The notes: generated by a model not told the origin, from the letters alone. A stretch of 64,000 nt of DNA from an uncultured delta proteobacterium (GCA_963702565.1 CAVPDE010000016.1:320034-384033), one strand, 5' to 3'; counted from the stretch's first letter, positions 30,946-41,097 are shown. Program-made: numbers and translations.

Positions 30946-31994
30946 TGCTGCCCTCCTTTCGGTCCCGCGAGATTGAGGAGGGGAAGAAGGTTCCTCTGCT
31001 CCGCATCCACGATGTATTTGTCTCCCATCTTGGGCAGGATCTCCCGAATCGCTTCAAGATACATGCGCCGCCGCGTGACATCCTGCGCTTTCGCGTACTC
31101 CTCGTAAAGCGACAGGAATCTCGAAGCATCTCCCTTGGCCCGGTTGATCCGTTGAAGGGCATACCCTTCGGCCTCCCGGATGGTCTTTTCCGCGGAACCT
31201 CTTGCCTGAGGAATGCGCTTGTTGTACTCCTCGCGAGCCTGGTAGATCATTTTTTCTTTTTCCTGGACAGCCTGGTTCACCTCATTGAAGGAGGGCTGGA
31301 CCGCCTCAGGCACGTTGGTCCTCTTCATTTCAATGGTGCTCACGGCGATGCCTGTCTCCGCCTCGTCCAGTTCCTTCTGAAGCAGGGTCTGGGCCTGTGC
31401 GGCAATCTCCTCCCGTTTGCTGATCACCTCATTGATGCTCCGGTCGCCAACCACCAGCCGCATCGCCGCTTCCGAAAGGTCCCGCAAGGTGCCGCGCGAA
31501 TCTTTCACTTTGAACAGATAGGCATAGGGGTCGCGAATGCGGTACTGCACAATCCAGGGGACCACGGCCACGTTGAGGTCGCCTGTGAGCATCAGGGACT
31601 CCTGGAGATAGGCGTCTCCTGTGGCAAACCGAGACCTGGAATCCGGCTTCGTGGTGCTGGTGCGAAAACCGAATTCCTCCTTGTACACAAACGTGACCTT
31701 GACGTTGGTCGCCTTCTCGATGCCGGAAGGCAGCTTGAAGTTCAATCCTTGAGTGGTTGTTCTGTCGTATTTCCCAAACCTCTGCACAATTCCGACTTCA
31801 TCTACGGCCACCGTGTAAAAACACGAGGAGCCGAGATAAATCAGGAACAGGGCGATCACGATCAGCCAGAGGGCCGGGAACCGACCGCGCACGCCTTTGA
31901 TTTTGTTGAAAACCTCGCCCATCTGGGGTGGCACCCCGCCGCCCCCGCCGCTGCCTCTCTTCTGTTGCTGCAATTTGTCCCAATCCCAGGCCAT
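30942..31994 (-). CDS. hflK: protease modulator HflK (SPFH/band-7)
   Basis: Gly-rich N-terminus, TM, SPFH domain, and pairing with hflC. Confidence 0.85.
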   Translation of the reverse strand: MAWDWDKLQQQKRGSGGGGGVPPQMGEVFNKIKGVRGRFPALWLIVIALFLIYLGSSCFYTVAVDEVGIVQRFGKYDRTTTQGLNFKLPSGIEKATNVKVTFVYKEEFGFRTSTTKPDSRSRFATGDAYLQESLMLTGDLNVAVVPWIVQYRIRDPYAYLFKVKDSRGTLRDLSEAAMRLVVGDRSINEVISKREEIAAQAQTLLQKELDEAETGIAVSTIEMKRTNVPEAVQPSFNEVNQAVQEKEKMIYQAREEYNKRIPQARGSAEKTIREAEGYALQRINRAKGDASRFLSLYEEYAKAQDVTRRRMYLEAIREILPKMGDKYIVDAEQRNLLPLLNLAGPKGGQQ

Positions 31995-32092
31995 CTAATT
32001 CTCCATTTCATAAAAGGTTCTTTTTTGCTACCATATAAGCAAATCCCGATGTCGTCAAGCGTTAACGGGAATCAAGCATTCCGGGTAACCCC

Positions 32093-32407
32093 ATGGAAGC
32101 GAAACGAAGAAAAGACTCCCTCACCCCTCTCGGGGACATCCTCTCGGCCCTCCTGGCCGACTCGAAGCTCCCCTTCAACCCCCGGGACGCCGCGATCTGG
32201 AAGATCTGGGACGAGGTGGTCGGTCCTGCCATCGCACGAAACGCCCAGCCCCTCTGGATAAAAGACAGGCGCCTGCGGGTCAAGGTCTCGGACCCCATCT
32301 GGCTTCAGGAGCTTTCTTATCTGGAAGTCAGCATAAGGGAGAAGTTAACTGCCCGACTGGGCAGGCAGGCTGTGGAAAAAATCGAATTCCGGCTCAGCTC
32401 ACGATAG
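32093..32407 (+). CDS. DUF721/DciA-like protein
   Basis: 104 aa. The pattern LGDIL...W..W..VVG..IA......L.V.V.....QEL is typical of DUF721. Confidence 0.65.
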   Translation: MEAKRRKDSLTPLGDILSALLADSKLPFNPRDAAIWKIWDEVVGPAIARNAQPLWIKDRRLRVKVSDPIWLQELSYLEVSIREKLTARLGRQAVEKIEFRLSSR

Positions 32408-33116
32408 AGAACTCTCCCTGATCCATCAAGGGGGGAAGGATCTTCACCCCTCCTTTTCCGCCTCGCGCCCCTTCCACAAGAACCAGTTTTGACTCTTCCT
32501 CCATGGACGGATAGACAACCTGCATTCGCTTGGGCTCAACATCAAAGGCTCTCATTCGCACCAGGAGATCCACGAGACGGCCCGCCGGATAGATCAAGGC
32601 CAATCTCCCCTTGGGTTTGAGCACAGCGCTCGCTGCGCTCAGGATATCGTTGAGCGAGGCCATGATCTCGTGCCTGGCTATCGCCCTCCCAAAATCCGGA
32701 TTGACTCTGCCGCTCCCGGGTCGGCGAAAGGGCGGGTTGCAGACCACGACGTCCGCCACGGGCTTCCGTAAGGGCACCTGGCGGAGGTCTGCGAGCAGCA
32801 CTCCCATCCGCTCCGTGACACCGTTCAGAGCCGCATTGCGGACCGCCTGGTCCGCAAGGTTCCTTTGAATCTCCAGGGCTATGGCATAGGCGACCGGCTT
32901 TTCGAGAAGCAGAAGAAGGGAAATGATGCCGCAGCCCGCACCCAGATCCACGACCACTTCTCCGGGCTTGACGGTCACGAATTGGGCAAGAAGTACGGCA
33001 TCGATGGAAAACCGGTAACCCCTGGCGGACTGAATCAGGCGCAGCCTGCCGTCCAGAAAGTCGTCCAGGGTTTCACCTGGCCGGAGGTTGACCTCATGGG
33101 ACCTGGATGATTTCAT
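32394..33116 (-). CDS. SAM-dependent methyltransferase (TrmN6/YfiC-like, N6-adenine class)
   Basis: DLGAGCG SAM motif and NPPF catalytic motif. The ORF is open to 33140. Confidence 0.7.
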   Translation of the reverse strand: MKSSRSHEVNLRPGETLDDFLDGRLRLIQSARGYRFSIDAVLLAQFVTVKPGEVVVDLGAGCGIISLLLLLEKPVAYAIALEIQRNLADQAVRNAALNGVTERMGVLLADLRQVPLRKPVADVVVCNPPFRRPGSGRVNPDFGRAIARHEIMASLNDILSAASAVLKPKGRLALIYPAGRLVDLLVRMRAFDVEPKRMQVVYPSMEEESKLVLVEGARGGKGGVKILPPLMDQGEFSIVS

Positions 33117-34449
33117 AAGGATCGATCTTGTTAAAGACAAGACCGGTAATCGCCTTGGGATAGAAGTAAGTTGACTTTCTCGGCATGATCAGCCGGCTGC
33201 CGGCGACCTCTTTGACTTGCTCGATCCTTGTGGGATTGAGGAAGAAGGCCATCCGGTACATGCCCGATTCGACCATGCCGACGGCTTTGGTCAGGCTGCT
33301 CTGGTAATGGAAGATCTCCTCGTTGTTCAGATCCTCCAGCGTAAAGCCCAGGGTCCTCTGCAAAAGAAAGCGGGAGAGCACGAGCACATCCAGCTGCTTG
33401 AGCGAAGGATGCAGGTCGTCCCCCATCTCGTCTCTCTTTTCCGGCTTCAGGGAAAGCAAGGAAAAGCTTTCTCCTCCCTTGTGGAAAAACCCGATGGTGG
33501 AGCGGCTCCTCCCCCTGTCGGCCAGCGCCTTCTTAAAGGATGCCACGGCGGTAGTGCCGTGAGCCTTTGAGACAGGTATCTCCTCGATATCAAACCACTG
33601 CCCGATCTTCTCGAAAAAGGCTCCTGGACTGAAGGTGTCGCATCTCTTGATCACGCGATGGGAAGAAAGGATCATCAACCCCTCATCGTCTATGCTCGTC
33701 AGAACCATCATGACGAATTCGTAGGATCGGTTAGGAGGCCTGTGCCCGTACCTGGCTCTCATGCTGTTCCGGTAGTTTCTCGCCGTCTCATAGCGGTGAT
33801 GCCCGTCCGCAATAAAGATCCGCTTGTCGAGGAGCGCATCCGCCACCTTCTTGAACATCGGACGATGTGGCACGGTCCAGAGCGCGTGATGCGATCCATC
33901 CTTGAAATCAAAGGAGAGCAGGGGCTGTCCCTCGATGATTTCTCTCATGGATTCCATGACCCTGTTTTCAGGGTCTTCGTAGAGGCTGAAGATTTGGCTG
34001 AACTGGGCGTTACAGGCCCGCATGAGTTTGAGCCGATCGTCCTTGTGGGCGGAGAAGGTCTTCTCATGGGGAAGAATCACCCCGGAGCCTTCCTCTTCAA
34101 TGCGCACCAAAGCGATCAACCCCAATCTCGTTTTGGGTTCTGACCCGTCGTTGGAATCAAAGGTGTGGGAAGTGATGTACATACAGGGGAAATCCGATCG
34201 GACGAGCACATCCTCTGTTTCCCACCGCTTAAAGCAATCGGCTGAGCGCGTGTAGCGGTTATCCCAGTCCGAATCCCCGGTCTTTCTCTTACCGAGAATA
34301 AGGCGGATCACGTTGTTCGGATGAGCCCGATAAAACGCGTCCTGTTCCTCTTCGGAGATCACGTCGTAAGGGGGAGCCACCAGGCTTGACGGGTTCCCGA
34401 GAGTTTTAAAGTCGTACATGAGGCCTTTGAAAGGGGCTACGATCGCCAT
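33094..34449 (-). CDS. DUF1015 family protein
   Basis: Start MAIVAPFKGLMY (ATG 34449) and the FIADGHHRYETA motif. Confidence 0.8.
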   Translation of the reverse strand: MAIVAPFKGLMYDFKTLGNPSSLVAPPYDVISEEEQDAFYRAHPNNVIRLILGKRKTGDSDWDNRYTRSADCFKRWETEDVLVRSDFPCMYITSHTFDSNDGSEPKTRLGLIALVRIEEEGSGVILPHEKTFSAHKDDRLKLMRACNAQFSQIFSLYEDPENRVMESMREIIEGQPLLSFDFKDGSHHALWTVPHRPMFKKVADALLDKRIFIADGHHRYETARNYRNSMRARYGHRPPNRSYEFVMMVLTSIDDEGLMILSSHRVIKRCDTFSPGAFFEKIGQWFDIEEIPVSKAHGTTAVASFKKALADRGRSRSTIGFFHKGGESFSLLSLKPEKRDEMGDDLHPSLKQLDVLVLSRFLLQRTLGFTLEDLNNEEIFHYQSSLTKAVGMVESGMYRMAFFLNPTRIEQVKEVAGSRLIMPRKSTYFYPKAITGLVFNKIDPYEIIQVP

Positions 34450-34622
34450 TTTTGCTAAATCAACACTCCCGTCTTTCTGTACCCCAAAATTTATAACAGT
34501 TAACAGATAGGGAGGTCCTGTCAAGCAAATTTCAGGGGCTTGACGCGGCCTTTGCTATTGAGTAACGTGCGTTTTTCTGAGCACTTCCCTATCGGGACAT
34601 TCGAAGACACAGGGCCCTTTCC

Positions 34623-35939
34623 ATGTTACAGCCGGATCTGATCATCCAAGGCGGCACGCTTCTGACCCTGGTCGAAGGTGAAAAACCTCTTCGCCATGCC
34701 ACTCTCCTGATTCAGGGGGACAGGATCGCGGGTGTCCTGGCTCCGGGCGAGGAGAGGCCTCCCTTCAAAGGAGTCCAAGTTCTCGACGCCACGGACAGCC
34801 TCGTCATGCCCGGCCTGGTCAATGCTCACGGCCACACGGCCATGACCCTCTTTCGCGGACTGGCCGATGATCTCCCCCTCAAGCAATGGCTGTTCGAGAA
34901 GATCTTCCCTGCTGAAGCAAAGCATTTGAGCGAAGAAACCGTGTACTGGGGGGCGCTCCTGGGATGCCTGGAGATGATCGCTTCAGGCACGACCACGGTG
35001 TCGGACGGGTATTTCTTCCAGGATGCGACGGCCCGTGCTTTTCAGAAAGCCGGGCTCAGGGCCCTCATTGCCCAGGGGGTGATTGACTTTCCGGCGCCCG
35101 GGGTTCCGGACCCGGCACAAAACCTTGCCGTGGGCAAAGCGTTCATCGAGCGGTGGAATCATGCATCAGACCTGATCCGACCCGGCCTGTTCTGCCACAG
35201 TCTCACCACCTGCTCCGACAAGACGCTCCAGGAGGCCATGGCCCTCTCTCAGGAGTTTTCGTTGCCTCTTCAGGTGCACCTCTCCGAGACGGAAGAGGAA
35301 GTGGAAGAAGTGATCCGCCGATCCGGGGAACGGCCGGTTCTGCATCTCGCTCACCTCGGCCTTCTGAACGAAAGCTTGATAGGCGTGCATGCGGTTCATC
35401 TGGAGGATGAGGAGATCGAACTCCTTGCCCGGAACAGGGTGGGGGTCGTCCACTCTCCGGAGAGCAACATGAAGCTGGCATCCGGAATGGCCAGAGTCTC
35501 GGAAATGATGAAAAAAGGCATTGTCCTAGGGCTGGGCACGGACGGGTGCGCGTCGAACAACAACCTGGATCTCTTCAAGGAGATGGACACTGCGGCCAAG
35601 CTCAGCAAAGTCGCAACCCTTGATCCGGTGAACATGGGAGCGGCCACGGTTCTCAGAATGGCGACGGTCTGGGGCGCAAAGGTCCTGGGCCTGGAAAAGC
35701 AGATCGGCACCATCGAGGTCGGCAAGCAAGCGGATATCATCACCATCGACCTCAGAAAACCTCACCTGGTGCCCCTCTACAACCCCATGTCCACGATTGT
35801 GTATTCAGCAAGCGGCTCGGATGTGAAGGATGTGATCGTCAACGGCAGGGTGTTGATGAAGGACCGGACCTTCACCGCCCTCGATGCGGAGGAAGTGATG
35901 GCCAGGGTCCGCGAGATCAGCGAAAAGATCAGATGCTAG
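34623..35939 (+). CDS. mtaD: amidohydrolase, 5-methylthioadenosine/S-adenosylhomocysteine deaminase-like
   Basis: PGLVNAHGH metal motif, HLSET, GTDG.ASNN. Confidence 0.8.
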   Translation: MLQPDLIIQGGTLLTLVEGEKPLRHATLLIQGDRIAGVLAPGEERPPFKGVQVLDATDSLVMPGLVNAHGHTAMTLFRGLADDLPLKQWLFEKIFPAEAKHLSEETVYWGALLGCLEMIASGTTTVSDGYFFQDATARAFQKAGLRALIAQGVIDFPAPGVPDPAQNLAVGKAFIERWNHASDLIRPGLFCHSLTTCSDKTLQEAMALSQEFSLPLQVHLSETEEEVEEVIRRSGERPVLHLAHLGLLNESLIGVHAVHLEDEEIELLARNRVGVVHSPESNMKLASGMARVSEMMKKGIVLGLGTDGCASNNNLDLFKEMDTAAKLSKVATLDPVNMGAATVLRMATVWGAKVLGLEKQIGTIEVGKQADIITIDLRKPHLVPLYNPMSTIVYSASGSDVKDVIVNGRVLMKDRTFTALDAEEVMARVREISEKIRC

Positions 35940-35948
35940 AGTGGCTTT

Positions 35949-36203
35949 GTGGGCCATTGGTCTCTTTTCTGCAGTGACTGGCGGGAGGCCTTCCTCATTT
36001 CATGGAGTTACGGAATGGGGGACCCGATGGCCCCGAGCGAACGCGAGGGGAACAGCGAGGGGGGAGGCGCTGCCCGCCGATTCGCGAGCCATTCGGCGAA
36101 GCGGGCGGGCATCACCCGTCCGCAACTCCTTGAAATGAGCAGGCCGGGAGACTAGGCCGCTTCTGGCGGCCTTGGAACGAAAGAAAAGAGACCAATGGCC
36201 CAC
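35949..36203. repeat. 255-bp palindromic (MITE-like) element with 21-bp perfect terminal inverted repeats
   Basis: gtgggccattggtctcttttc (35949-35969) is the exact reverse complement of 36183-36203. Inner arms also pair (ctcatttcatggagtt vs aactccttgaaatgag). It generates mirror ORFs that both start MGHWSLF. Confidence 0.85.
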
Positions 36204-37003
36204 TACGAGCCTCTTGCGGGCACGGGGTTCTTAAAGCTGCAGGGCATGAGGGCCGCGCACTTGCCGCAGACATGCGTGGACTCGGGCAAGTCAAAGAACC
36301 CTTCCAGGGTGCTGCGGTTTTCCTTTAAGCGTTTCCAGCACCCCTGCCGGTCAAAGTCCTTCTCGCTGAGCGCACTCACCGGACAAACCTCGATGCACTT
36401 GCCGCACTTGAAACCGGCTTTGAGCAGGCAAGCCTCCTGGGTCTCGATCAAAGGAGCGTCCTCCAAGTCCGCCTCGGTCACGAGGCTCCCCAGCCTGCCC
36501 GTGCAGCCTGCAGGAGTGATCAGCATCCGGTGAGTGCCGAAACGCCCCAACCCCGCAAGATATCCCAGGTGCTTGTGAGACCAGCGCGCCATGAGTTTGA
36601 CTTCATCGAAATTGTGAGTGGCAGGCGTCAACCCCGACTTGAACCCGTGGCGGCTAAGCAGATCCCCCAGGGCCTGGCTCACCCGGCCGATGAGATCATT
36701 GGTCTGGACATAAGCAACCCCCCAGTTTCTGCAGGGTCTGTCGCCTTTCTTGTTTTCTTTGATCAGTTCCTCTTTGAAGGGGATGAAAAAAACGATCACG
36801 GACTTTGCCGTCGCAAGAAGATCCTTCGGGTGCCAGTGCTCTTCAAAAGCAATCTTAGGGAGGATCTCAAACCTCTCGTCCGCCGGCGCCGTGACCAGCA
36901 GTGGCGTCCGCCACCACCCCTCGGTCCCCAACCTGGACGGCTCCTCAGAGACACACTTTTCAGCAAGTTCCCTCAAGTCTCCCACGCCAACGGCTTTCTT
37001 CAT
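36203..37003 (-). CDS. 4Fe-4S protein, epoxyqueuosine-reductase (QueG)-like family
   Basis: C-terminal CGKCIEVCP and CGKCAALMPC motifs, with a QueG/RdhA-like N-terminal region. ATG at 37003 is favoured. Confidence 0.55.
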   Translation of the reverse strand: MKKAVGVGDLRELAEKCVSEEPSRLGTEGWWRTPLLVTAPADERFEILPKIAFEEHWHPKDLLATAKSVIVFFIPFKEELIKENKKGDRPCRNWGVAYVQTNDLIGRVSQALGDLLSRHGFKSGLTPATHNFDEVKLMARWSHKHLGYLAGLGRFGTHRMLITPAGCTGRLGSLVTEADLEDAPLIETQEACLLKAGFKCGKCIEVCPVSALSEKDFDRQGCWKRLKENRSTLEGFFDLPESTHVCGKCAALMPCSFKNPVPARGS

Positions 37004-37092
37004 GAGGTTGCCCCTCTTCCTATCATCATGAGAGTTAATTGACACAGCGAAACCAAAAAGTCAAACTTGGGCTCAAAGGTTTATTCTATAAG

Positions 37093-37122
37093 TTGACACC
37101 CCTTAACCCACCAGTTTATATT
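37093..37122 (+). promoter_or_regulatory. putative sigma70 promoter of the ABC operon
   Basis: TTGACA (37093-37098), 17-18 nt spacer, TTATAT/TATATT (37116-37122). This implies a leader of about 250 nt. Confidence 0.45.
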
Positions 37123-37376
37123 CCATCTGTCTCTTGCCGCCTTTCCAAGCGAAATGCTCGAATATTCGTGGGCGTGACCGGGCGTTTTGGCTTTAACAGG
37201 ATCCTGAAAAAGACCCTGTTTGCGGGTTGCTCAAGAACGCTCAGCTACAAGGCGCCCTAAATCCCGAAGAGTGAGTCGTAAGTTCCAGTACGTCGCAACG
37301 ACGAGGGGTGAGGGCAACGCCGTAGATGAGCGTTTTTCAGCAACCTGCTAATTCGATTCCAAAAGGAGGATCACCG

Positions 37377-39008
37377 ATGAAGCTAATGAAAGGGTTGTGT
37401 GTGTTCACAATGGTAGTAGCGTTGTCCCTGTTCGCCGGCTCGCTTTATTCCCAGGAAAAGCTCGAACCGGTCCCTGAAATCGATTTCCTGACCTGGGTGC
37501 CGGCGAAATTCATGGCCTATTACGAAACCAGCAACTACATCGCGGAAGAGTGGAAAAAGTTGGGCCTCAAGGTCAACCTCAATCAGCAGAACATGCCCAA
37601 CCCTTTACTCACCCTGTGGTTCAAAGAACACAAGTTCGACTGTGTGGTCTCGGTTCTCTCGGGGCTGCCCTACCGCATGGAACCTGACTTTTTCACCTAC
37701 TCCCAGTTCAACTCCAAGAACACCGCGCCCGGGGACTGGAACGTGGGCGAGTGGTCCAACGCCGAGTTCGACGAGGTCGGCGCAAAGCAACTGGGTCTTT
37801 ACGATCCTGAAAAGCGACGGCCCCTCATCTACAGACTTCAGGAAATCCTTCAGGAACAACAACCGGACACCGTGGTGTACTACGAAGTCCAGAACATGGG
37901 GATCAATACCAAGAACTGCGACCTGGACTACATAGAAGCTCCGGACGGCTTGCGCTCCATATGGAACCAGGTTCGGTTCGCTCCCAAAAGCAATGTGAAG
38001 GTCCTCAAGGCGGGAAGGATCTCCGACCAGCAGACCTGGAACCCCGTTGCCGCGATCCAGTCCGATGACTTTGAAGTGCTCAGGATGGTTTACGACTACG
38101 TGGTGCAGATCGGCCCCAAAGGCCAGGTCGAGATGTGGGCCGCGGAAAAGGTGGACACGATCAACGACGTGACCATCGAGGTGACCATGAAAAAGGGGCG
38201 CAAATTCTCGGACGGCAAGCCTCTGACGGCCAAGGATGTCAAGTTCACCTACGAGTACATGAAGCAGTGGAATGCTCCCTACTTCACGAAATACCTGGCT
38301 CCGATCAAGACCATCGACCTGGTGGACGAGTACAAGCTGCGCTTCAACCTGGACAAGCCTTTCGCGCCCTTTATCATGAACACCCTGGGACAGGTACCCA
38401 TTCTTCCGGAGCACGTGTGGAAAGACGTGGTGGAGAGGGAAAAGCTGACCAAGCCCCAGGACTACCGGAACATTCCCGTTGTGGGGAGCGGCGCTTACAT
38501 CATGGAGTACTGGAAAGAAGCCGCTGAATACCTTCTCAAGGCCAACAAAGACCACTTTGCCGCTCCCAAGGCGGACCTGCTCTTCATCGTCTTTGGCTCC
38601 AGGGAACTCTGCAACAACGCGCTCAAGAAAGGGGAAATCGACATCAACATCCAGAATCTTCCCCCTGAAGTGGTGAAGGACTTCTCGACCGACAAGAACA
38701 TCAAGATCTTCAAGGTGCCCTCCAACGGCTACACGGGCATTCGCTTCCAGTGCAACAGGCCGGTGTTCAAGCACAAGGCGCTTCGGGTGGCCCTCTCCCA
38801 CGCCATCCCCTACCAGAAGATCGTTGATGAAGTGCTCGGCGGATATGCCGCTCCAAGTGCCACTCCGATCACACCGGTCAATGCCTTGTGGCACAACAAG
38901 AATCTCAAGGTGAGAGAATTCAATTTCGAAAAAGCCAGGCAGATTCTCAAGGATGCCGGTTTCAAGTGGGACAAGGACGGGAGACTCTGTTTCCCTCCAA
39001 CAAAATGA
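37377..39008 (+). CDS. ABC transporter substrate-binding protein, family 5 (peptide/nickel/glutathione type)
   Basis: ATG 37377 follows AAAGGAGG. It has a signal peptide and the length and composition of the DppA/OppA family. Confidence 0.85.
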   Translation: MKLMKGLCVFTMVVALSLFAGSLYSQEKLEPVPEIDFLTWVPAKFMAYYETSNYIAEEWKKLGLKVNLNQQNMPNPLLTLWFKEHKFDCVVSVLSGLPYRMEPDFFTYSQFNSKNTAPGDWNVGEWSNAEFDEVGAKQLGLYDPEKRRPLIYRLQEILQEQQPDTVVYYEVQNMGINTKNCDLDYIEAPDGLRSIWNQVRFAPKSNVKVLKAGRISDQQTWNPVAAIQSDDFEVLRMVYDYVVQIGPKGQVEMWAAEKVDTINDVTIEVTMKKGRKFSDGKPLTAKDVKFTYEYMKQWNAPYFTKYLAPIKTIDLVDEYKLRFNLDKPFAPFIMNTLGQVPILPEHVWKDVVEREKLTKPQDYRNIPVVGSGAYIMEYWKEAAEYLLKANKDHFAAPKADLLFIVFGSRELCNNALKKGEIDINIQNLPPEVVKDFSTDKNIKIFKVPSNGYTGIRFQCNRPVFKHKALRVALSHAIPYQKIVDEVLGGYAAPSATPITPVNALWHNKNLKVREFNFEKARQILKDAGFKWDKDGRLCFPPTK

Positions 39009-39021
39009 AAACGGACAAATG

Positions 39022-39059
39022 AAAACGAACCCGGGAAATGAATCTCCCGGGTTCGTTTT
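39022..39059 (+). terminator. intercistronic hairpin (attenuator/partial terminator) after the SBP gene
   Basis: Perfect 15-bp stem aaaacgaacccggga / tcccgggttcgtttt with an 8-nt loop. Confidence 0.6.
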
Positions 39060-39114
39060 GGAAAAAATCAAGAAAAGGCCCCATGGGTTGACATGACCCG
39101 TGGGCAAACACATC

Positions 39115-40101
39115 ATGATCTCCGTTGTTGCCCTCAAGAAATACTTTCCTGTCGTCTCCGGTATCCGCTCTCTTCTTTCCAGATCAAGGGGGAAAACCGT
39201 CAAGGCCGTCGATTCTGTCAGCTTCGAGATCCCTTCCGGAAGCGTCCTGGGTCTGGTAGGCGAAAGCGGGTGCGGAAAAACAACGGCAGGGAGGATTCTC
39301 GTCGGCCTGGACCAGGCCACTTCCGGAGAGGTTTTCATCAACGGGGAAAGCGGTCAGGAACTCCGTAAAAAGGACCTCAAGGGGTTTTATCGCAAGGCCC
39401 AGATGATTTTTCAGGATCCTTACGGTTCCATCAACCCTCAGCACAACGTAGCCAGGATCCTATCCAAACCCTTGTGGTACCAGGGGGTTCGTGACCGGGC
39501 CGCCGTCCGGCGAAAGACTCTGGAAACTCTTGATCTCGTTGGGCTGAGCCCGCCGGAGGATTTCCTCGAGAAATACCCCCACCTTCTCAGCGGAGGCCAG
39601 CGCCAAAGGCTTTGCATTGGAAGGGCGATTATCCTGGATCCCCAGTTCCTTGTGGCCGACGAGCCCATCTCCATGCTGGACGTCTCCATCAAGGCCGGCA
39701 TCATCGCTCTGCTCAAGACCCTGGTTCGCCGGAAAGGCCTTTCCCTGCTTTACATCACCCATGACCTCGCCACGGTGGGCCACATCTGCGACAGGATCGC
39801 CATCATGTACCTGGGAAAAATCGTGGAAATCGGCCCGGTGGACACGGTTCTCGACCATCCTCTTCATCCCTACACGAGAGCGCTGATTTCGGCGATTCCC
39901 ATCCCTGATCCCGACACCCATCGGGAAGAGCTCCGAATTGCCGGGGCCATCCCAGACCCGATTAATCTCCCTCCAGGATGCCGCTTTGCACCGCGCTGTC
40001 CCAAGGTGGAAAACGCCTGCTGCCAAAAAGAGCCCGGGTTGATCCCAAGCGCTGCAGACCCCGAGCACCAGGTCGCCTGCTTCAGGACGGTTGAACCATG
40101 A
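39115..40101 (+). CDS. ABC transporter ATP-binding protein (DppF/OppF-like)
   Basis: Walker A GESGCGKTT, signature LSGGQRQR, Walker B LVADEP and the C-terminal oligopeptide-type extension. A GTG alternative lies at 39100. Confidence 0.85.
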   Translation: MISVVALKKYFPVVSGIRSLLSRSRGKTVKAVDSVSFEIPSGSVLGLVGESGCGKTTAGRILVGLDQATSGEVFINGESGQELRKKDLKGFYRKAQMIFQDPYGSINPQHNVARILSKPLWYQGVRDRAAVRRKTLETLDLVGLSPPEDFLEKYPHLLSGGQRQRLCIGRAIILDPQFLVADEPISMLDVSIKAGIIALLKTLVRRKGLSLLYITHDLATVGHICDRIAIMYLGKIVEIGPVDTVLDHPLHPYTRALISAIPIPDPDTHREELRIAGAIPDPINLPPGCRFAPRCPKVENACCQKEPGLIPSAADPEHQVACFRTVEP

Positions 40102-41072
40102 TCAAGTACCTCATGAACCGAATCCTCCTCATGGTCCTGACGCTCTTCGTCCTGGCGACCCTCATGTTCTTCATGTTCCGTATGCTGCCGGGCGATCCCA
40201 CCATGACGGTCATCAGCTCCGCGCTCAATCCCAAGGCCCAGGAGGAAATGAAGCGCCAGTATGGCTTGGACAAACCCCTGCATGAGCAATATGCCGCTTA
40301 CATGAGGAACATCGTCCACCTGGATTTCGGGTACTCCTTTCAGCACAACAGAAAAGTGAGCGACATGATCTCCGGCCGTCTGCTCAACACGATCCTTCTC
40401 ATCCTCCCTTCCATGGTTGCGGCTTATGCTCTCGGAGTCGTGGGCGGAGCCCTCATCGCCTGGAAACGAGGCGGCAAGCTGGAGATCGGAACCGTCATTG
40501 TGAGCACTGCCTTTCAATCCGCCCCTGTCTTCTGGTTGAGCATGCTGGCGATTTTCGTCTTCTCCGTTCACCTGGACCTCTTCCCCCTGGGGCACATTGT
40601 CTCCCCCGGCATGCACCACGGGAAAAGCGAATGGGCGATTTACTTCAGCCTGGATTTCCTTCACCATCTTGCCCTTCCCTTCATTGTGAACACGCTCTAC
40701 AATCTCTGCTTCCCCCTCCTTCTCATGAGAAGCAGCATGCTCGAAACCTTCGGTGAGGATTACATCGAGCTCTGCCGGATGAAAGGCTTGCCCGAAAGAA
40801 CAATCATCTACAAGCATGCCATGAGAAACTCCTTCCTCCCCATCGCCACCACCCTGCCGCTGATTCTCGGTTGGGCCGTGGCAGGATCGGTTGTGATCGA
40901 GACGGTGTTCTCGTGGCCGGGTCTGGGGCTTCTCATGGTCGAGGCGGTTCAGCGGAGCGATTACCCGCTGGTTCAGGCCTGTTTCCTGCTCATTGCCGTG
41001 CTGACCATTGTGGGAAACTTCGTGGCCGACCTGCTCTATGGGGTCCTGGACCCAAGGATTGTCTATGAATAA
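40098..41072 (+). CDS. ABC transporter permease (DppB/OppB-like)
   Basis: N-terminal ...RILLMVLTLFVLATLMFFMFRMLPGDP, typical of the family. 6 TM. Confidence 0.85.
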   Translation: MIKYLMNRILLMVLTLFVLATLMFFMFRMLPGDPTMTVISSALNPKAQEEMKRQYGLDKPLHEQYAAYMRNIVHLDFGYSFQHNRKVSDMISGRLLNTILLILPSMVAAYALGVVGGALIAWKRGGKLEIGTVIVSTAFQSAPVFWLSMLAIFVFSVHLDLFPLGHIVSPGMHHGKSEWAIYFSLDFLHHLALPFIVNTLYNLCFPLLLMRSSMLETFGEDYIELCRMKGLPERTIIYKHAMRNSFLPIATTLPLILGWAVAGSVVIETVFSWPGLGLLMVEAVQRSDYPLVQACFLLIAVLTIVGNFVADLLYGVLDPRIVYE

Positions 41073-41097
41073 TTGCACACCGAGAGGCTGGGAATAG

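Noticed and set aside
35949-36203. Twin small ORFs (35949-36155 plus, 36000-36203 minus), both starting MGHWSLF
   Set aside because: The identical N-termini are a direct consequence of the 21-bp perfect inverted repeat. There is no RBS and the composition is Arg/Gly-rich. They are interpreted as a DNA/RNA-level element, not genes.
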